From assembly GCF_964204645.1 (NCBI RefSeq), contig NC_134025.1, positions 25,028,299 to 25,092,298 of the forward strand: a DNA stretch of 64,000 nucleotides, given 5' to 3'. Numbering within the stretch: position 1 is the stretch's first letter; each line of letters starts with the position of its first letter. The position numbers and the translations under genes are program-made. The stretch is from Tubulanus polymorphus. Taxonomy: Eukaryota > Animalia > Nemertea. The notes under the pieces are model-generated. The model made no database searches. It was not told the origin of the DNA and worked only from the letters and a program-made list of their open reading frames with translations. Below are positions 24,646 to 36,714 of the stretch, piece by piece.

Positions 24646-25750
24646 TATGTCCAATATCTCTTAACCCAAATCCTAAGCTAAATCCTATGCCACATACATC
24701 ATTGAGCTGGGAGCAAAGGCTACCCTACCTACTATTTACTAATTTTACTTTTCTATCTTCTTAGTTCTTTGCTTGTGTTTGGTCGTCGGTAGTTTTTTTG
24801 TGTAAATTGAATCAAATACAATTATGTCAATGATAAATTTTGTCAGTATTGGATTCTTTGAGGAGCAACCATACGTATGTGTCAGGTCGGCTACAGGCCT
24901 ACACTACGGAGTCCTCGTTCGAGTTATAACAAATTTTTTTAACGAGAGAGAGCTGGAAAAAACGTCGCAAAATTTTAATGCACACCGCTCTGATGACAGT
25001 CCGTTTCAATGCAAGGGAGCAGGGAAGGAAATTGAGCATCGGGTTCGATTCCTTATATATTTCTTTCACTTTTTTCATTTTATTTTCATATGATATTCAA
25101 AGGCAATAGAAAAGATCGAAAATCAATAGACTAGAAAGACTAAAGAGTTGGTCTTTTCTCTCATAAGCGCTAATATATCGCAAAAGGCGGAGTCCGAATG
25201 ATCATCCTATTTTAAAGCCGAAGTTTCGTGTTATCCAATGCGGAAGGAAAAGAAAGTAAAAACCCAAACATCACCAAAAATGAAGTGACTCATTTGACAT
25301 TTACATTCATTCGTGACCACCAAATAAATAACAGTGTAATTACCTCCCACACATGTCCTGGTATGTGAGACCAATGCATATTTTATCAGTCGATACTGTA
25401 TTTCTTCAAATTAATTCATACTTTATGTTCAAACCAAAATTCAATTTAAACTTTATTGAATATTTGAAGGCTAAGCAGTTACTACAATCTGCATATCAGT
25501 ATTCATTATCGATCATCTCATGGTTGTCCGTAATATCTAACCATTTCAGTGATAAAGAATTGATGCATTAAACAAGCCCTAGAGGAGCAGTCAAAAGTTT
25601 TTTGATTATGCCTTGGAATCAATAGTGCCCAGTCTTCTTAATTTCCATCATCAATGATGCTTATTCAAGACTAAGCACTTGGACTGGTCTTATTCATTTT
25701 ATTACTTTTATTCTATCAATTTCAGCTGTTAACAGAGTTCGAACATCAAA
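24646..25750. promoter_or_regulatory. Putative bidirectional promoter / 5'UTRs, USP37-like vs TSG101
   Basis: Divergent start codons ~1.1 kb apart. An upstream TSG101 exon donor (CTG|GTATGT) lies at ~25360 and an acceptor at ~25725. Confidence 0.55.
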
Positions 25751-28159
25751 ATGGATTGGGCAAGAGCTTTGGGGAAGGTGGGCACAATTAAATCAGTAAC
25801 AATCTGAATCCATTTTATATAGGACTGTATGAGAAAAAAGATTTGTTTTTTTTCCAGTACAAATACAAAGATCAAGCTAGAAATGATATAAACAGTATGA
25901 TGCGACAATATACAGACCTGCGACCGAAGACAGGGTGGTACAGTAAGTAAATTGCGAAAGATAATTAGTCCATACCAGTCTATACCAGTCCAGACTTCTT
26001 ATGTATATTTGTGTTATTCTTTTGTTATTCTCTGATTCATTCCACTGCAGCGTTTAATACTGGTGAACGAAAAGAACTGATTAACTTGGAAGGTACAATT
26101 CCTGTTAGTTATCGAGGTGCGTGTACTCTTCAATATACTTCATCTTGGATATTGAGAATTTTGTGATTATATGTATACGAATGATTGACGTTTTACTTTG
26201 TTTTCTAAAGGTAATTCGTATAATATACCGATTAGTTTATGGTTGATGGACACACATCCGTACAACCCACCTCTAGCATTTGTGAAACCGACCCACAATA
26301 TGCAAATCAAACCGAGTAGACACGTTGATTTGAATGGTCGTATATTCTTGCCTTTCCTTACTGAATGGAAACATGTAAGTGACGATTATATTTGCCGTAT
26401 TAGGACTGTATTTCGATTTCTTTACTTGTCATTCATTGTTCTATGCTCTAATTTCAATGATACTGAAAATTAGATCTGATTTCAGCCGGCTTCAGATTTG
26501 ATAGGATTAGTGCAGGTGTTAATTGTAATATTTGGTGAGGATTGTCCAGTTTTCGCGAAACAATCAGCTGCACAACCTCCTTACCCTGCTGTTGGTATGT
26601 CGGGTCAACCACCTTATCCGATGGGAGGTCAGTTTTCCGTTTGAAATAAATGATTAAAATTGGAATTTGCCATATTTTCCGAGACCCAGTAATTTATGTT
26701 GATATTTGCAGGTTATGGATCTATGCCGATGCCTAGTAGTACCGGCGGACAAGCATCTTATCCTTACCCAGCATCACAAAGTGGTTATCCACCTACATCA
26801 TCATATGGTAGTGGATACCCACCAGCATCCGGATATCCACCGAGTAGTGGGTACCCGCCAAGTAGTGGATACCCGCCATACCAAACTTCTAATCAGACTC
26901 CTTATAGACCGGGATATCCTGCTCCAACTTCTGCAGCAATGACAGGTATGAAGTTCAGAAATACAGCTAGCCTTCATATAACTTTGGACAAATTTTGTCT
27001 TAGTTGGAAAAGTTTTCAGCTTCGCACTCGAGAAATGTTTTTGTTTTAAGGAAAGATCTCTTGTGTTAATTGCATCTGAATCACTCAACTATTCAGCGTC
27101 GATATATGAATAAATGTGTAAGAAATATTATAGTAATTGACTGTAGTTGTATCATAGGTAGAAATCGGTTTTTGTGAATATTTTAGGTAGTGCATCGCAT
27201 GCGCCATTGAACAGCCAACCTTCAATTACTGATGAACAATTGAAAGCTTCACTCTTATCTGCAACAGAAGACAAAATGCGACGGAGATTGAAGGAAATAT
27301 TTGGACAAGCTCAAGTAAATCATTTTCTCATTTTTTACCCAGATTTTTTTCGGAATTGATATTCATTATATTTCTACATGTTATAGGCTGAAGTTGAGGC
27401 ATTGAATCGAACTCAAGATGATTTAAATAAGAATAAAAACAAACTGGATGAAATGGTCTTGAAACTTGAAAAAGAGCAGGTAAACCATCGTGTAATATCT
27501 GAAAGTCTGGCACAAAAAAGCCCTTCGATATAAACATGTCTGATATGTCTGACATTTCTAGGGTGATGTTGAACGTAATATTCAAATTCTCAACGATAAA
27601 TCATCAGAGCTGAGATCTGCGCTGGAAAAAATGGATCAATCCGGTGATATTGATATTGATGAAACAGTAATTACGACTGCTCCTATATATAAACAGTAGG
27701 TTTCATCGAGTATAATTTTTCTTCTGATCCCTGGTGGTAGAAATTGATCGATACGCCCACCTTTTCCTCTCTGTAGGTTATTAAATGCTTTTGCGGAAGA
27801 ACAAGCTCTCGAGGATGCAATATATTATCTCGGAGAAGGATTAAGAAGAGAAGTGATAGACTTGGATATTTTTCTGAAGGTGATGATAATTACTGTTTAT
27901 GCTATATGATAAAAATAAATTTATATCAAGCCTTAAACTTAAAGAAATAGGCTCTAAAAACCAATATGATTTGTATTGTTTTATAGGGAATTAAGGGCCA
28001 GCAAATTCTCATCTTTCTAATTCGTTTCTATTCGTAAATAGTAATGATGTGTATTTTTCTTTTCAGAAAGTACGAGAATTATCTAGAAAACAGTTCATGT
28101 TGCGAGCATTAATCTCGAAGTGTAGGCAAAAAGCAGGTCTACCGGATGTAGTGAGCTAA
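25751..28159 (+). CDS. TSG101: Tumor susceptibility gene 101 (ESCRT-I Vps23), ~11 coding exons
   Basis: UEV domain YKYKDQA...LEGTIPVSYRG|NSYNIPISLWLMDTHPYNPP...HVDLNGRIFLPFLTEWKH, a Pro/Tyr-rich region with GYPPSS repeats and a coiled coil. The steadiness box reads TAPIYKQ|LLNAFAEEQALEDAIYYLGEGLRREVIDLDIFLK|KVRELSRKQFMLRAL...AGLPDVVS*. Confidence 0.97.
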
Positions 28160-28416
28160 ACTGGAATTTAAAGATTCTGTCTCGGTGACAACTGAAGTTG
28201 TCAACATTGATGAATTGAAAACTGTTGTACATGTATTTGTAATATATCAAATACCGTAGTCACCAACTGTCACCTTCCGTTGGATAAACATTCAGACCAG
28301 GTTTTTTGCAATTTTGTGTACATATTTCGTTGTACCTGTGTGCATAGCGTCTATGACGATCACGCAGGCTTTGTACTATTATTCTTGAATCTTAGTGAGG
28401 TCTAGTTTTGAGAAAA

Positions 28417-28540
28417 GGGATCATTCATATATTGCGTACGCATTAGGAGAGGGGGGAAGGGTAAGTGCAATTGTGTACCGTAATGCTTAAAGTATATGGA
28501 AAAATCAAATTTCATGCGTACCTAATAAAAGAATGATCCC
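28417..28540. mobile_element. PIF/Harbinger-like MITE in the presumed TSG101 3'UTR
   Basis: GGGATCATTCATATATTGCGTACGCA ... TGCGTACCTAATAAAAGAATGATCCC terminal inverted repeats with 3-bp AAA flanks on both sides. Confidence 0.7.
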
Positions 28541-29533
28541 AAAGCTTAAATTTGATGTCGAAGGCGAATCATCAAACTGCGTTATTTACTTGCAAAACTT
28601 GAGTATTGAACTTGTTCCAATTGTAATCGAGGAATTTCAAGTTTTCCTGCAAAAATTTCTTGAGATTTCAAATCTATGCAGGATTTTATTTTCATTTATT
28701 TATCACTATTAAATGGAGAATCATAGAGCTATATTATTAAAATGCAGTTGACTGGACCTTGATCTAGCAGACTCAGTTTTCTCAAGTTGACCCGTGCTTA
28801 AGTGGAATCAACTGATTACTGCTTGTCAAATCAGGTGTATTTATCAGCTTGTGACCCGATAACTTCATGTAGAGTAAATGGAAAAAATTGTATTACATGT
28901 ATTTTATGAATGGCAAATAAACCAGATGTTAATTACAGTCTTAATCTTGTTACAGTCTCATCCATAGGAACGTGATTTTCTTGCAGCTTATTTCTGTCGA
29001 CCTCCCTCAGTTATTTTACCCGTACTTGCTCTAGGCCAACAACAAACAACGTAATATCAATTCAGAGATAACATTTTTTCTTTTCTTTTTATAAGATAGC
29101 GAGAACAATAAATATCAAGAATAATATAAATGTATTTAACACTTCATGGATTGATAGGCACCATGAGGAATGTTTCGGTGATGAATTCGATAATCGATGG
29201 ACGGCCAGATTTGTTACGACTTTCAGGCGTAATAATCTCAATTCAGAATTATTAAAAGAATTTATGTAAATACAATCGTGACAATCATCAAGACAAGAGG
29301 CTTGTAGCCTAACTCCAGCAGAATGAACTGGGCGGCAACATTTAGTAGCCCCGTTTAAAGAGAATTTTCTTGATTTGAAGAAGCTACAACAAAACCTGTA
29401 CATAGGCTAAGCAGCAATGGGAAAAGGGTTGCCATTAGCAAGCAATGCTTTAGAACTGTATACCCACATCAAGCTGCATGCTGTAATCATTAACCTTGAA
29501 CAACTCTGCATCCATTTAGACAAACACAATGGA

Positions 29534-30013
29534 TTATTGAATCAAACATGCTTGAGAGTGACTACCATCTTTGACAACAGCAGCATAGCAGATCGCTTGC
29601 ATCCACTGTTTTTTACTGTCCTCAGTTTCTGCATTGAAATAATACGGTCGCTTTTTGTCTTGAGGCTTCATGCGAAAGGCATTCTTCTTTTTATCAATAT
29701 TTGATTCCGCTACTTGCGCTCCGGTGACGTCGATATGTTTCGATAAATGCTGAAAATAAATCGGCGAATAAAGATCCGGTTTAATAACACTGAAATAGTC
29801 AATCAACTGACTCACCTCATTTTCTGAATTTCCATACTGTAATTGACATTCTTTCAAATGAACCCATCTTCTTTTCCATCTACGCGGTATATTAGTTCTC
29901 ATAGCTAACCATCCACTGTATTCATCAGGTATAACTTGTTGACTCTCGGGTTCTTCAGAATCTTGTACCTCAGCTTGTTCAGTCTCGGGTTGTGTCGTGG
30001 TATCTCCATTCAT
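29534..30013 (-). CDS. Small single-PH-domain protein with C-terminal CaaX (CLIQ); exons 30013-29816 and 29749-29534
   Basis: YSGWL...RRWKRRWVHL...LQY, FRMKP...RPYYFNAETEDSKKQWMQAI is the PH-domain consensus. A 66-nt GTGAG...TTTCAG intron separates the exons. The protein ends ACLIQ*. Confidence 0.88.
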   Translation of the reverse strand: MNGDTTTQPETEQAEVQDSEEPESQQVIPDEYSGWLAMRTNIPRRWKRRWVHLKECQLQYGNSENEVSQLIDYFSVIKPDLYSPIYFQHLSKHIDVTGAQVAESNIDKKKNAFRMKPQDKKRPYYFNAETEDSKKQWMQAICYAAVVKDGSHSQACLIQ

Positions 30014-30811
30014 TTTATATTAAGACGAGTACTGGTAGATAACTGGCCCAATAAAAAGCTGGTGGCTGTTATTTCCTGTGAAGTAAAGAAACGCAATCTG
30101 GATCTGGATCTTGATTTGGAACGTCGACGCTGACCAATTATTACATGTTATCAGTAAGCTTATACATGTGGGTGAGAGAGGGGTGCTGTTCAGGGTTAGT
30201 AACAGTGGTGCCTTCTTGCTCTGAAGTAATTCCTCAAACAACTGCTAGACCATAATTTCAGGTATTCCAGATACGCGTTCCAGATAAAGGTTGTTCATAA
30301 AAACGAGTTCTTATACTTATATCAATGGGTATATGTTTTTGTAGATGGAATAAAGAGCAATGGATTTGTAGATGGAATAAATAGCAACGGATATACCCTC
30401 GGAGTTTATTCATTCGAAATCGAGAAAGTGGACTTTGTTGATAGTGTATTAATTAAGTAGGCCTTTTAGCATGTTTAGTTTTACTTTTTTTTTAGACTAG
30501 TTTTAGCTGCTGATTGATTTAATGGCACGCGTCCCAGTCCTCAGTCAGACAACAAGTGGTTGCATCCGCATCGTTCTACGATCTCAGTCAGACAGATACT
30601 ACACTTACTTAAGTTCTTTGTGAAATGATGGGGTGCTCAATAATCAAATACGAGTATGGTCAAAGAGGAAAAAAATTTGACATATATCTGTCAAAAATTC
30701 CTCAACCCGGAAGTTTCCCCTCGACCTTGACACATTGCGTAAAGCCGTAAAGAAAAGCTAGAAGACGGTCTCGGACTCATTCCCGGAATGTGGAGCGGCG
30801 CTATTTTCAAA
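30014..30811. promoter_or_regulatory. Putative bidirectional promoter, PH-CaaX gene vs HDAC8
   Basis: Divergent ATGs ~800 bp apart. An ETS-type CCGGAAGT lies at ~30707 and a YY1-like CAAAATGGCG overlaps the HDAC8 start. Confidence 0.55.
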
Positions 30812-33662
30812 ATGGCGAACCAAGGCGAAAATTTAAGCATTGACAGTTTATCTTCGCATGAATTTACCGAATCGAACACGACTGGTCTAAAAGCAGCTTA
30901 TATTTATAGTCCTGACTACTTGAACCTCACCGATCAATTTATAAAAGTGCCATATCGGGTATGGATGATAAATTAAAGTTAAATTAAATAAAGTTAATTG
31001 ATATGCTTTTGACATTCTGATTCGTTGTGTTACTCAATGACTTCCCGTTGTATGAATTATTTATATTCACATATAAGCTTACCTAACCCATGACTCCTCA
31101 TTGGCTCATTTTTGTCTGATTGCCAATGCACTTTGATTGAATGTCACACACGGCGTGTTTTACTTTTTTAGATTGATTTTCAACTGATTCTGATCGATAG
31201 CCAGGTTTCAGTTTCAGCAAGCAAGTCTGTTGTCTTTCCAATTTCAGGCTAGTCTGGTACATACCCTGCTTGAAGCCTACAAGTTACTTGATAAGATGGA
31301 GTAGGTTTCATGTTTGATATTGTGCTAATTTAAGAAGGAAGGTAAGCATTTGGTGGTAAACTAATTCTTTCCGATCTCTCCTTTCTTTCAGTGTGATTGC
31401 ACCTAAAGCTGCTAGTGATGAGGAATTGAGCTGTTTTCACACGAAAGATTATATTGATATTGTGAAAAAGTTGTCAGCAGATGGTGATCTGGAAAAATGT
31501 GCAGAAACCGCTGATGAATATGGCTTGTGTAAGGAAATCTTTCACAGTTGTTTAAGTTTTTGACGAAGTTACCGTATAATCAGGGTGGCCACTGACCTGG
31601 AAAACTCCAGAAAAATCAGGGAAAACTCAAAGAATTTGACAGATTTTACAAAAATCCTGGAAAACTCCAGGAATTCAGATAATGCTATTGACCACATGTT
31701 TCTTGATCGGTACGTGATTCACTGGAAAATGAATGATCTAACATTTTAAACCTAGAAATTTCTCTGATTCACTCAGGGAATTTTGTGTATACACATGGAA
31801 GAATCAGGGAAAATTGGCATTTGTAAATGGGCGGAAAGAGGTCACCCTAATAATTGACTATTTTGATTTTATTCTAGGCTATGATTGTCCCGCATATGAA
31901 GGTGTTTATGAATACGCAGCTATGGTAGCTGGAGCCTCACAATTAGGGGCCAAACTTCTTAATGAGAAAAAATATCAAGTTGTCATGAATTGGTTTGGTG
32001 GATGGCACCACGCAAAAAAGTATGAATGTAAAAATTGGCACGTGAACTACTGAACATTTTTGAGCTTATAGGAAACTTTTTTATCGTGTACTTTTTCCAG
32101 AGATGAAGCTGCTGGTTACTGCTATTTCAATGATATTGTCCTGGGAATTTTAGAACTTCGTGAGAAGCATGATAGAGTTTTGTACATCGATTTGGATCTT
32201 CATCATGGAGATGGTATTTACAAGAGTTTAGTGTTTAGCTTGAGTTTATGTCATAGAAAAGCTAACCTATAAGTGATAAATGATTCTAACCGCTTTTGAA
32301 AGGATTGAGAAAACTTTTTGTGCAATTTTTCATACAATTTTCTCTAAAATCTTCCTTTGTTATTATTCATTAGGTGTTGAAGATGCTTTCTGTGGAACAT
32401 CAAAAGTTATGACAATTTCTTTGCACAAGTTCTCGCCCGGATTCTTCCCAGGTGAGACTTGAATATGTTTTATTCATAATTTATCCTGATTTATACAATG
32501 TTTTCATTCCCGTAATTCAGGCACAGGGAGCTTAACCGATGTTGGATTCGGCAAAGGAAGGTTTTACTCACTAAATGTGCCTTTGTTGGATGGGATTGAT
32601 GATGAGCAATATTTCCAGATATTTAAAAGGTAAGACAATCTTATCTTGGCCACTTCTAGTTTTGAATATTGGACCCAGTTCCACAGTTCTGTGTTCAGAT
32701 TTGACTCAGAGTTTACTCATTGAAAATGAACTAATATCAACTAGGAGTTAACTCTAACTGACAACTGTGGAACCGGGTCCTGAAGACAACTCCTTACCAA
32801 TATATGAATTGAAGTCAGTGAATTCTACAAAGGATTTCTTTCAAAAAACCCTTCAACTTCTCCTAATTCTAAATTGATATGGTCTAAACAATAGAGAGTA
32901 AAGTTGCAGTCTGCTTTATCTATGTTATTTATGATATCGCACGACGTAGATCTCTTCTTCAACAGGAAATATTTTCAATTTGAATGATTTAATGTGTAGA
33001 TGCATAGTGTGGAAAAATCGTTTTTTAGATTGATCTGCAAAGTGATAGAACAGTTTAATCCTGGTGCTGTTGTATGTCAATGTGGTGCTGATGGGGTCGC
33101 TGGTGATCCAATGGCCTCCTTCAATCTGACTCCTATAGGGCTGGGTCGATGCGTAAAATATTTGTTACAAAAAAGATTGCCTTTGTTATTACTCGGAGGA
33201 GGTCAGTATAGTAGCATGTATCTTTGTTTTTATTTACGAGAATGAGTTGGAAAATAACTGATTAAATTTTTTCTAGGAGGATATAATTTGCCTAATACGG
33301 CTCGCACATGGACGTATTTAACTAGTTTGATTCTCGATGTGGATTTAGACTCAGAAATACCGGAACATAGGTATTTCACCGAATATGGACCGGATTATTC
33401 TTTACCCGTTGAAAAAGGCTATCGAACTGATAGAAATAGCGAAGAATATATTGCCAAACTTATGACAAAGTTATTGGGTGAGTAGCAAAAAATAGCCATA
33501 TAATCTCAATTCAATAGATTATTTTTTCCTATCCATAAATTGTAAACGTTCTGAATATATTTCTGAAACACCCACTTTTTGTCTATTTTTGAGAGTTGTT
33601 ACCTTTTCTTGAAAACATTTTTTTTTCATATTTTTCAAGATTATTTAGATGAAGTAAGGTGA
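30812..33662 (+). CDS. HDAC8: Histone deacetylase 8, ~10 exons
   Basis: YIYSPDY, R|[30 protein letters not shown]|[22 protein letters not shown]|VEDAF...[12 protein letters not shown]|[17 protein letters not shown]|[23 protein letters not shown]. These motifs are typical of HDAC8. The final exon DYLDEVR* follows an AAG acceptor and is less certain. Confidence 0.96.
31581..31849. mobile_element. hAT-like non-autonomous element in an HDAC8 intron
   Basis: CAGGGTGGCCAC start, GAGGTCACCCTA end and internal repeated CAGGGAA/CTGGAAAA motifs. A related reverse fragment lies at ~23530-23564 in a USP37 intron. No intact 8-bp TSD is visible. Confidence 0.6.
32671..32780. mobile_element. ~110-bp MITE-like element in an HDAC8 intron
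   Basis: GGACCCAGTTCCACAGTT ... AACTGTGGAACCGGGTCC terminal inverted repeats (17/18 match). Confidence 0.7.
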
Positions 33663-33969
33663 TGATACTAGTGTATTCGTTTGAGGCCATAGAATACAGT
33701 TTGTTGATGGGATGCCACTTGGGATTCTGTGTTGAGTATAGACTTTGTCACAAAATAATGCCATATGGACTTTGTGATAATCAGTGATTCAAAAAACTCA
33801 CACTCAAGTTTTTAAATTCTGAATCGTTTTTTGGCAGGATTTATAAGTTAGATTGTCTGTATTCAATGATGAGACATTAATTACATCAATTGTTAAATAA
33901 TTTATTAGCGGTTAAAAGTTTACATGTACTACTGATTCTGATTCCAGACCTTAATGTTAAAATTCATCT

Positions 33970-34044
33970 TTTCAAATTTAAGAAAAATAAAACGTAATTC
34001 TTGTACTTTCAAATTTCAGAAAAATAAAACGTAATTCTTGTACT
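33970..34044. repeat. Tandem duplication (~38 bp x2), each copy containing AATAAA
   Basis: TTTCAAATTT(A/C)AGAAAAATAAAACGTAATTCTTGTACT occurs twice, downstream of the HDAC8 stop. Confidence 0.8.
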
Positions 34045-34637
34045 GTATCATAACATGTATGTACTTAGACTTCTTGTTATTTTCCTGTTTATTATTGAAT
34101 CTCTACATTGCTGCCATATGAACATGTATGTGCTGGGTATTTGATAAATTAAATTATTACATTACTTAAACCTCTCTGTGCTTTATTTCCTGTTGTTTAT
34201 TGAGCTGAAAGAATGTATACCTCGTTTCTCATTTCTGCTGCGCTTCAACGTTGACCCAGCCTATCTACCCTGCCTGTACATCTTTTTAACATCATGTTCG
34301 CACAGACCCGGTAGTTTTGGAAATGAACTGATTACATATTTCATGGCAGTTTACAAAATGTCCCGGTCGATAGGAGAAACGAGGGATCGTTTTTAGCCGT
34401 TCGGGTCATTGCAAAGATTAAGAAGGAATGGAATTTCAGGGCAAAATTCTCGGATGCACTTGTACGATAACTGAATTTGCTGATTAAAATGGATGGGAGT
34501 GTTTATTTTTCTGTCTGTTGCCATATTCAAAATAGACAAATCAGTGTTATATTTGGAATTTCTCGATATTTCTGAAATGAAAAAGTTCATATTGATTAAA
34601 CTTATCATGTAGCAGATATTACCCGAAATTGGAGTAA

Positions 34638-36714
34638 TCATTGAATGATTACTTGAAGGGCCTGCGATTGGTACCTGTAATCCCATTCGCTAATTCCCCA
34701 ACCGCGAACACCATTCAGTTTGAAATTACAGAATCTCTCGTGAATGCGGGCTGCTCTATCGTGTCCTATGAAAAATATGGCCGCATCTTCTTGTTGACAT
34801 TCCATACTATACTTTTTCCCTCCTAAACAAAGAGAAAATGAATGCGACATTGAAATCTTCACGTGAGAAAACAAACTCGCGTTTCCGAAAAGAAATCTTT
34901 CGGCCAAATGTACGTACCTGCAACGAAATTGATGTTGAACAACAAGGGAGGGGTTCCATCTTCTCCCCATTTATGTAATTCAAAATCGGACTGACTTACT
35001 ACATTTATTTTGCCATCAGGCTGCACAACGTAACCCATTATCAATCTACAACAAATTCGAGTTTTATACAAAAATAAAAACAAATCTATACCTGACACTG
35101 TTCCATACACAATGTGAGTCCGAAATGCTGTTGTTGTTTTAATAATGAAATTAGTGTTTAAATTTTCGTTGTTTAAAATGTGTAGGCGAACAGTGGGTAA
35201 TTTCATCTACTGAAGATTCATTTTACACAAGTCGAAGATGAAATGTTGATATAGTTGTGTGGGATATACCCATTCACCTGGTGAATGTAATCGGAAAACA
35301 AATGGTTCCAATGCAGACTGACGAGCCATTTGCTAAGTGAAAATACTGTATTCCATATCGATACAAATCAGACCAATCTCGAATATTACCTTGAAGAAAA
35401 GAATAGAGCGCGTGAAAGGATCGGATCGTTTTACAGGAAATTGTGATTCAGACGCATACATTAATCATCACTTCAATCTTACCATAACTATGATCGCGTA
35501 CACCTTTTACCGATATCTGTCGATTTTCGAAGCCCTCCATCTCAATAATTCCCTTTATTTCTCCAAATTGTTCATAATGCGTCTGGTGCGCCCTTAAACA
35601 AAAATATTAAGGATCAATGTTCAAGCCTATACAAATCTAGCCATAAAGCTGAAGATTGGTCTGTGATTTGACTGGTTGAACATACTCTTTCAGACCTTTG
35701 AAGAATTCCGAAGACCATTTTTCTCTGGCAATGGCATCGCAAATGGTCGCCCAGTGGAGATCGGTATCAAAATCAAAATACGTTTCATGCAATGCAGTCC
35801 ATGCGAATTCAAAAGATGATTTAACGAAGCTGATTTCACCTTCAAGATTAGTTAATCTAGAATAATGATGATAACTTATTTTCTTATCGGGTCTTTAGCG
35901 CACTTCTACAAATTGTTAGGGTGAATGCATAATGCCAACTTATCAATGCAAACTGGAGATGTCATTTTTCATTACATTGAGGCTAATATGTATACCACCG
36001 GGTACCTTAGTTCACCAGTAAACGATATTTTCCATGTTTTCATTGGCTCCACCGGTTCAATCAGTAGTCCGCCTGCCGAATAAGAATTCTCCACAGGACT
36101 AATTAGATGCGTGTCTGGTAGACTAGGAATTTCTAATAGTCCAATGTCTGGTATCTACAAGTGAAATTGAGCATATATTCGCAGTTCCACTTTCGAATGA
36201 AGCAGTTAAAGGCAATCGGAGATTGTCTTACCCTGATATAAAGAATTGTCTGGATGAGATTATTTTGACGTCTTGCAGTTGCAGCAACGACGAAAGTACC
36301 TTTTCCATCTCCGCCATTGAAATATACCGCATCAACTGCCTTTCATAGAAATCATTTTGAATCTCGTTCCCAGGATGATTTTTTCTTTCTTTATAATACA
36401 ATGTTTATAATTATACTAACCTTAGGATGTTCTTTGACATCAGGAAGAATTTGAACTTTGTCCATATCAGCGATATTGCTTCTGGATTTCATACCGTACC
36501 CAGCGTGGCCTGATTTCTTATTTCTAGACTGTTGGCTTTTCAAGTGACGTAATTTGAATATTGCGTAGAATATCCAAAATTTAATCGTGTACCACGGTCC
36601 AGGCTGGGAATATACGCCGTTGACGGGGGCTACCTCTTTTGACAGGAGACATTTGGTCAAATATAAAATGGGCACTGCTAAAACGCCCAATAAGACAGTG
36701 CAAACCAACGCCAT
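34638..36714 (-). CDS. Uncharacterised N-terminally membrane-anchored protein, ~8 exons; 3' end uncertain
   Basis: Spliced product: GVYSQPGPWYTIKFWIF...MDKVQ...PK|AVDAVYFNG...ATARRQ...|...EPVEPMKTWKISFTGELR|...YFDFDTDL...DAIAREKWS...|HQTHYEQFG...GVRDHSYG|NIRDWSDLYRYG...|LIMGYV...|...GVRGWGISEWDYR. From recall, this resembles a conserved invertebrate family also found N-terminal in animal PEP-synthase-like proteins. Confidence 0.8.

Noticed and set aside
26810-26880. 18-bp tandem repeat
   Set aside because: It encodes the GYPPSS repeats of the normal TSG101 proline-rich region.
4726-28159. A single functional system of CS co-chaperone, pore former, secreted orphan and ESCRT-I
   Set aside because: Adjacency in an animal genome is not evidence of co-function. 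No shared regulatory signal is visible, so the genes are reported separately.
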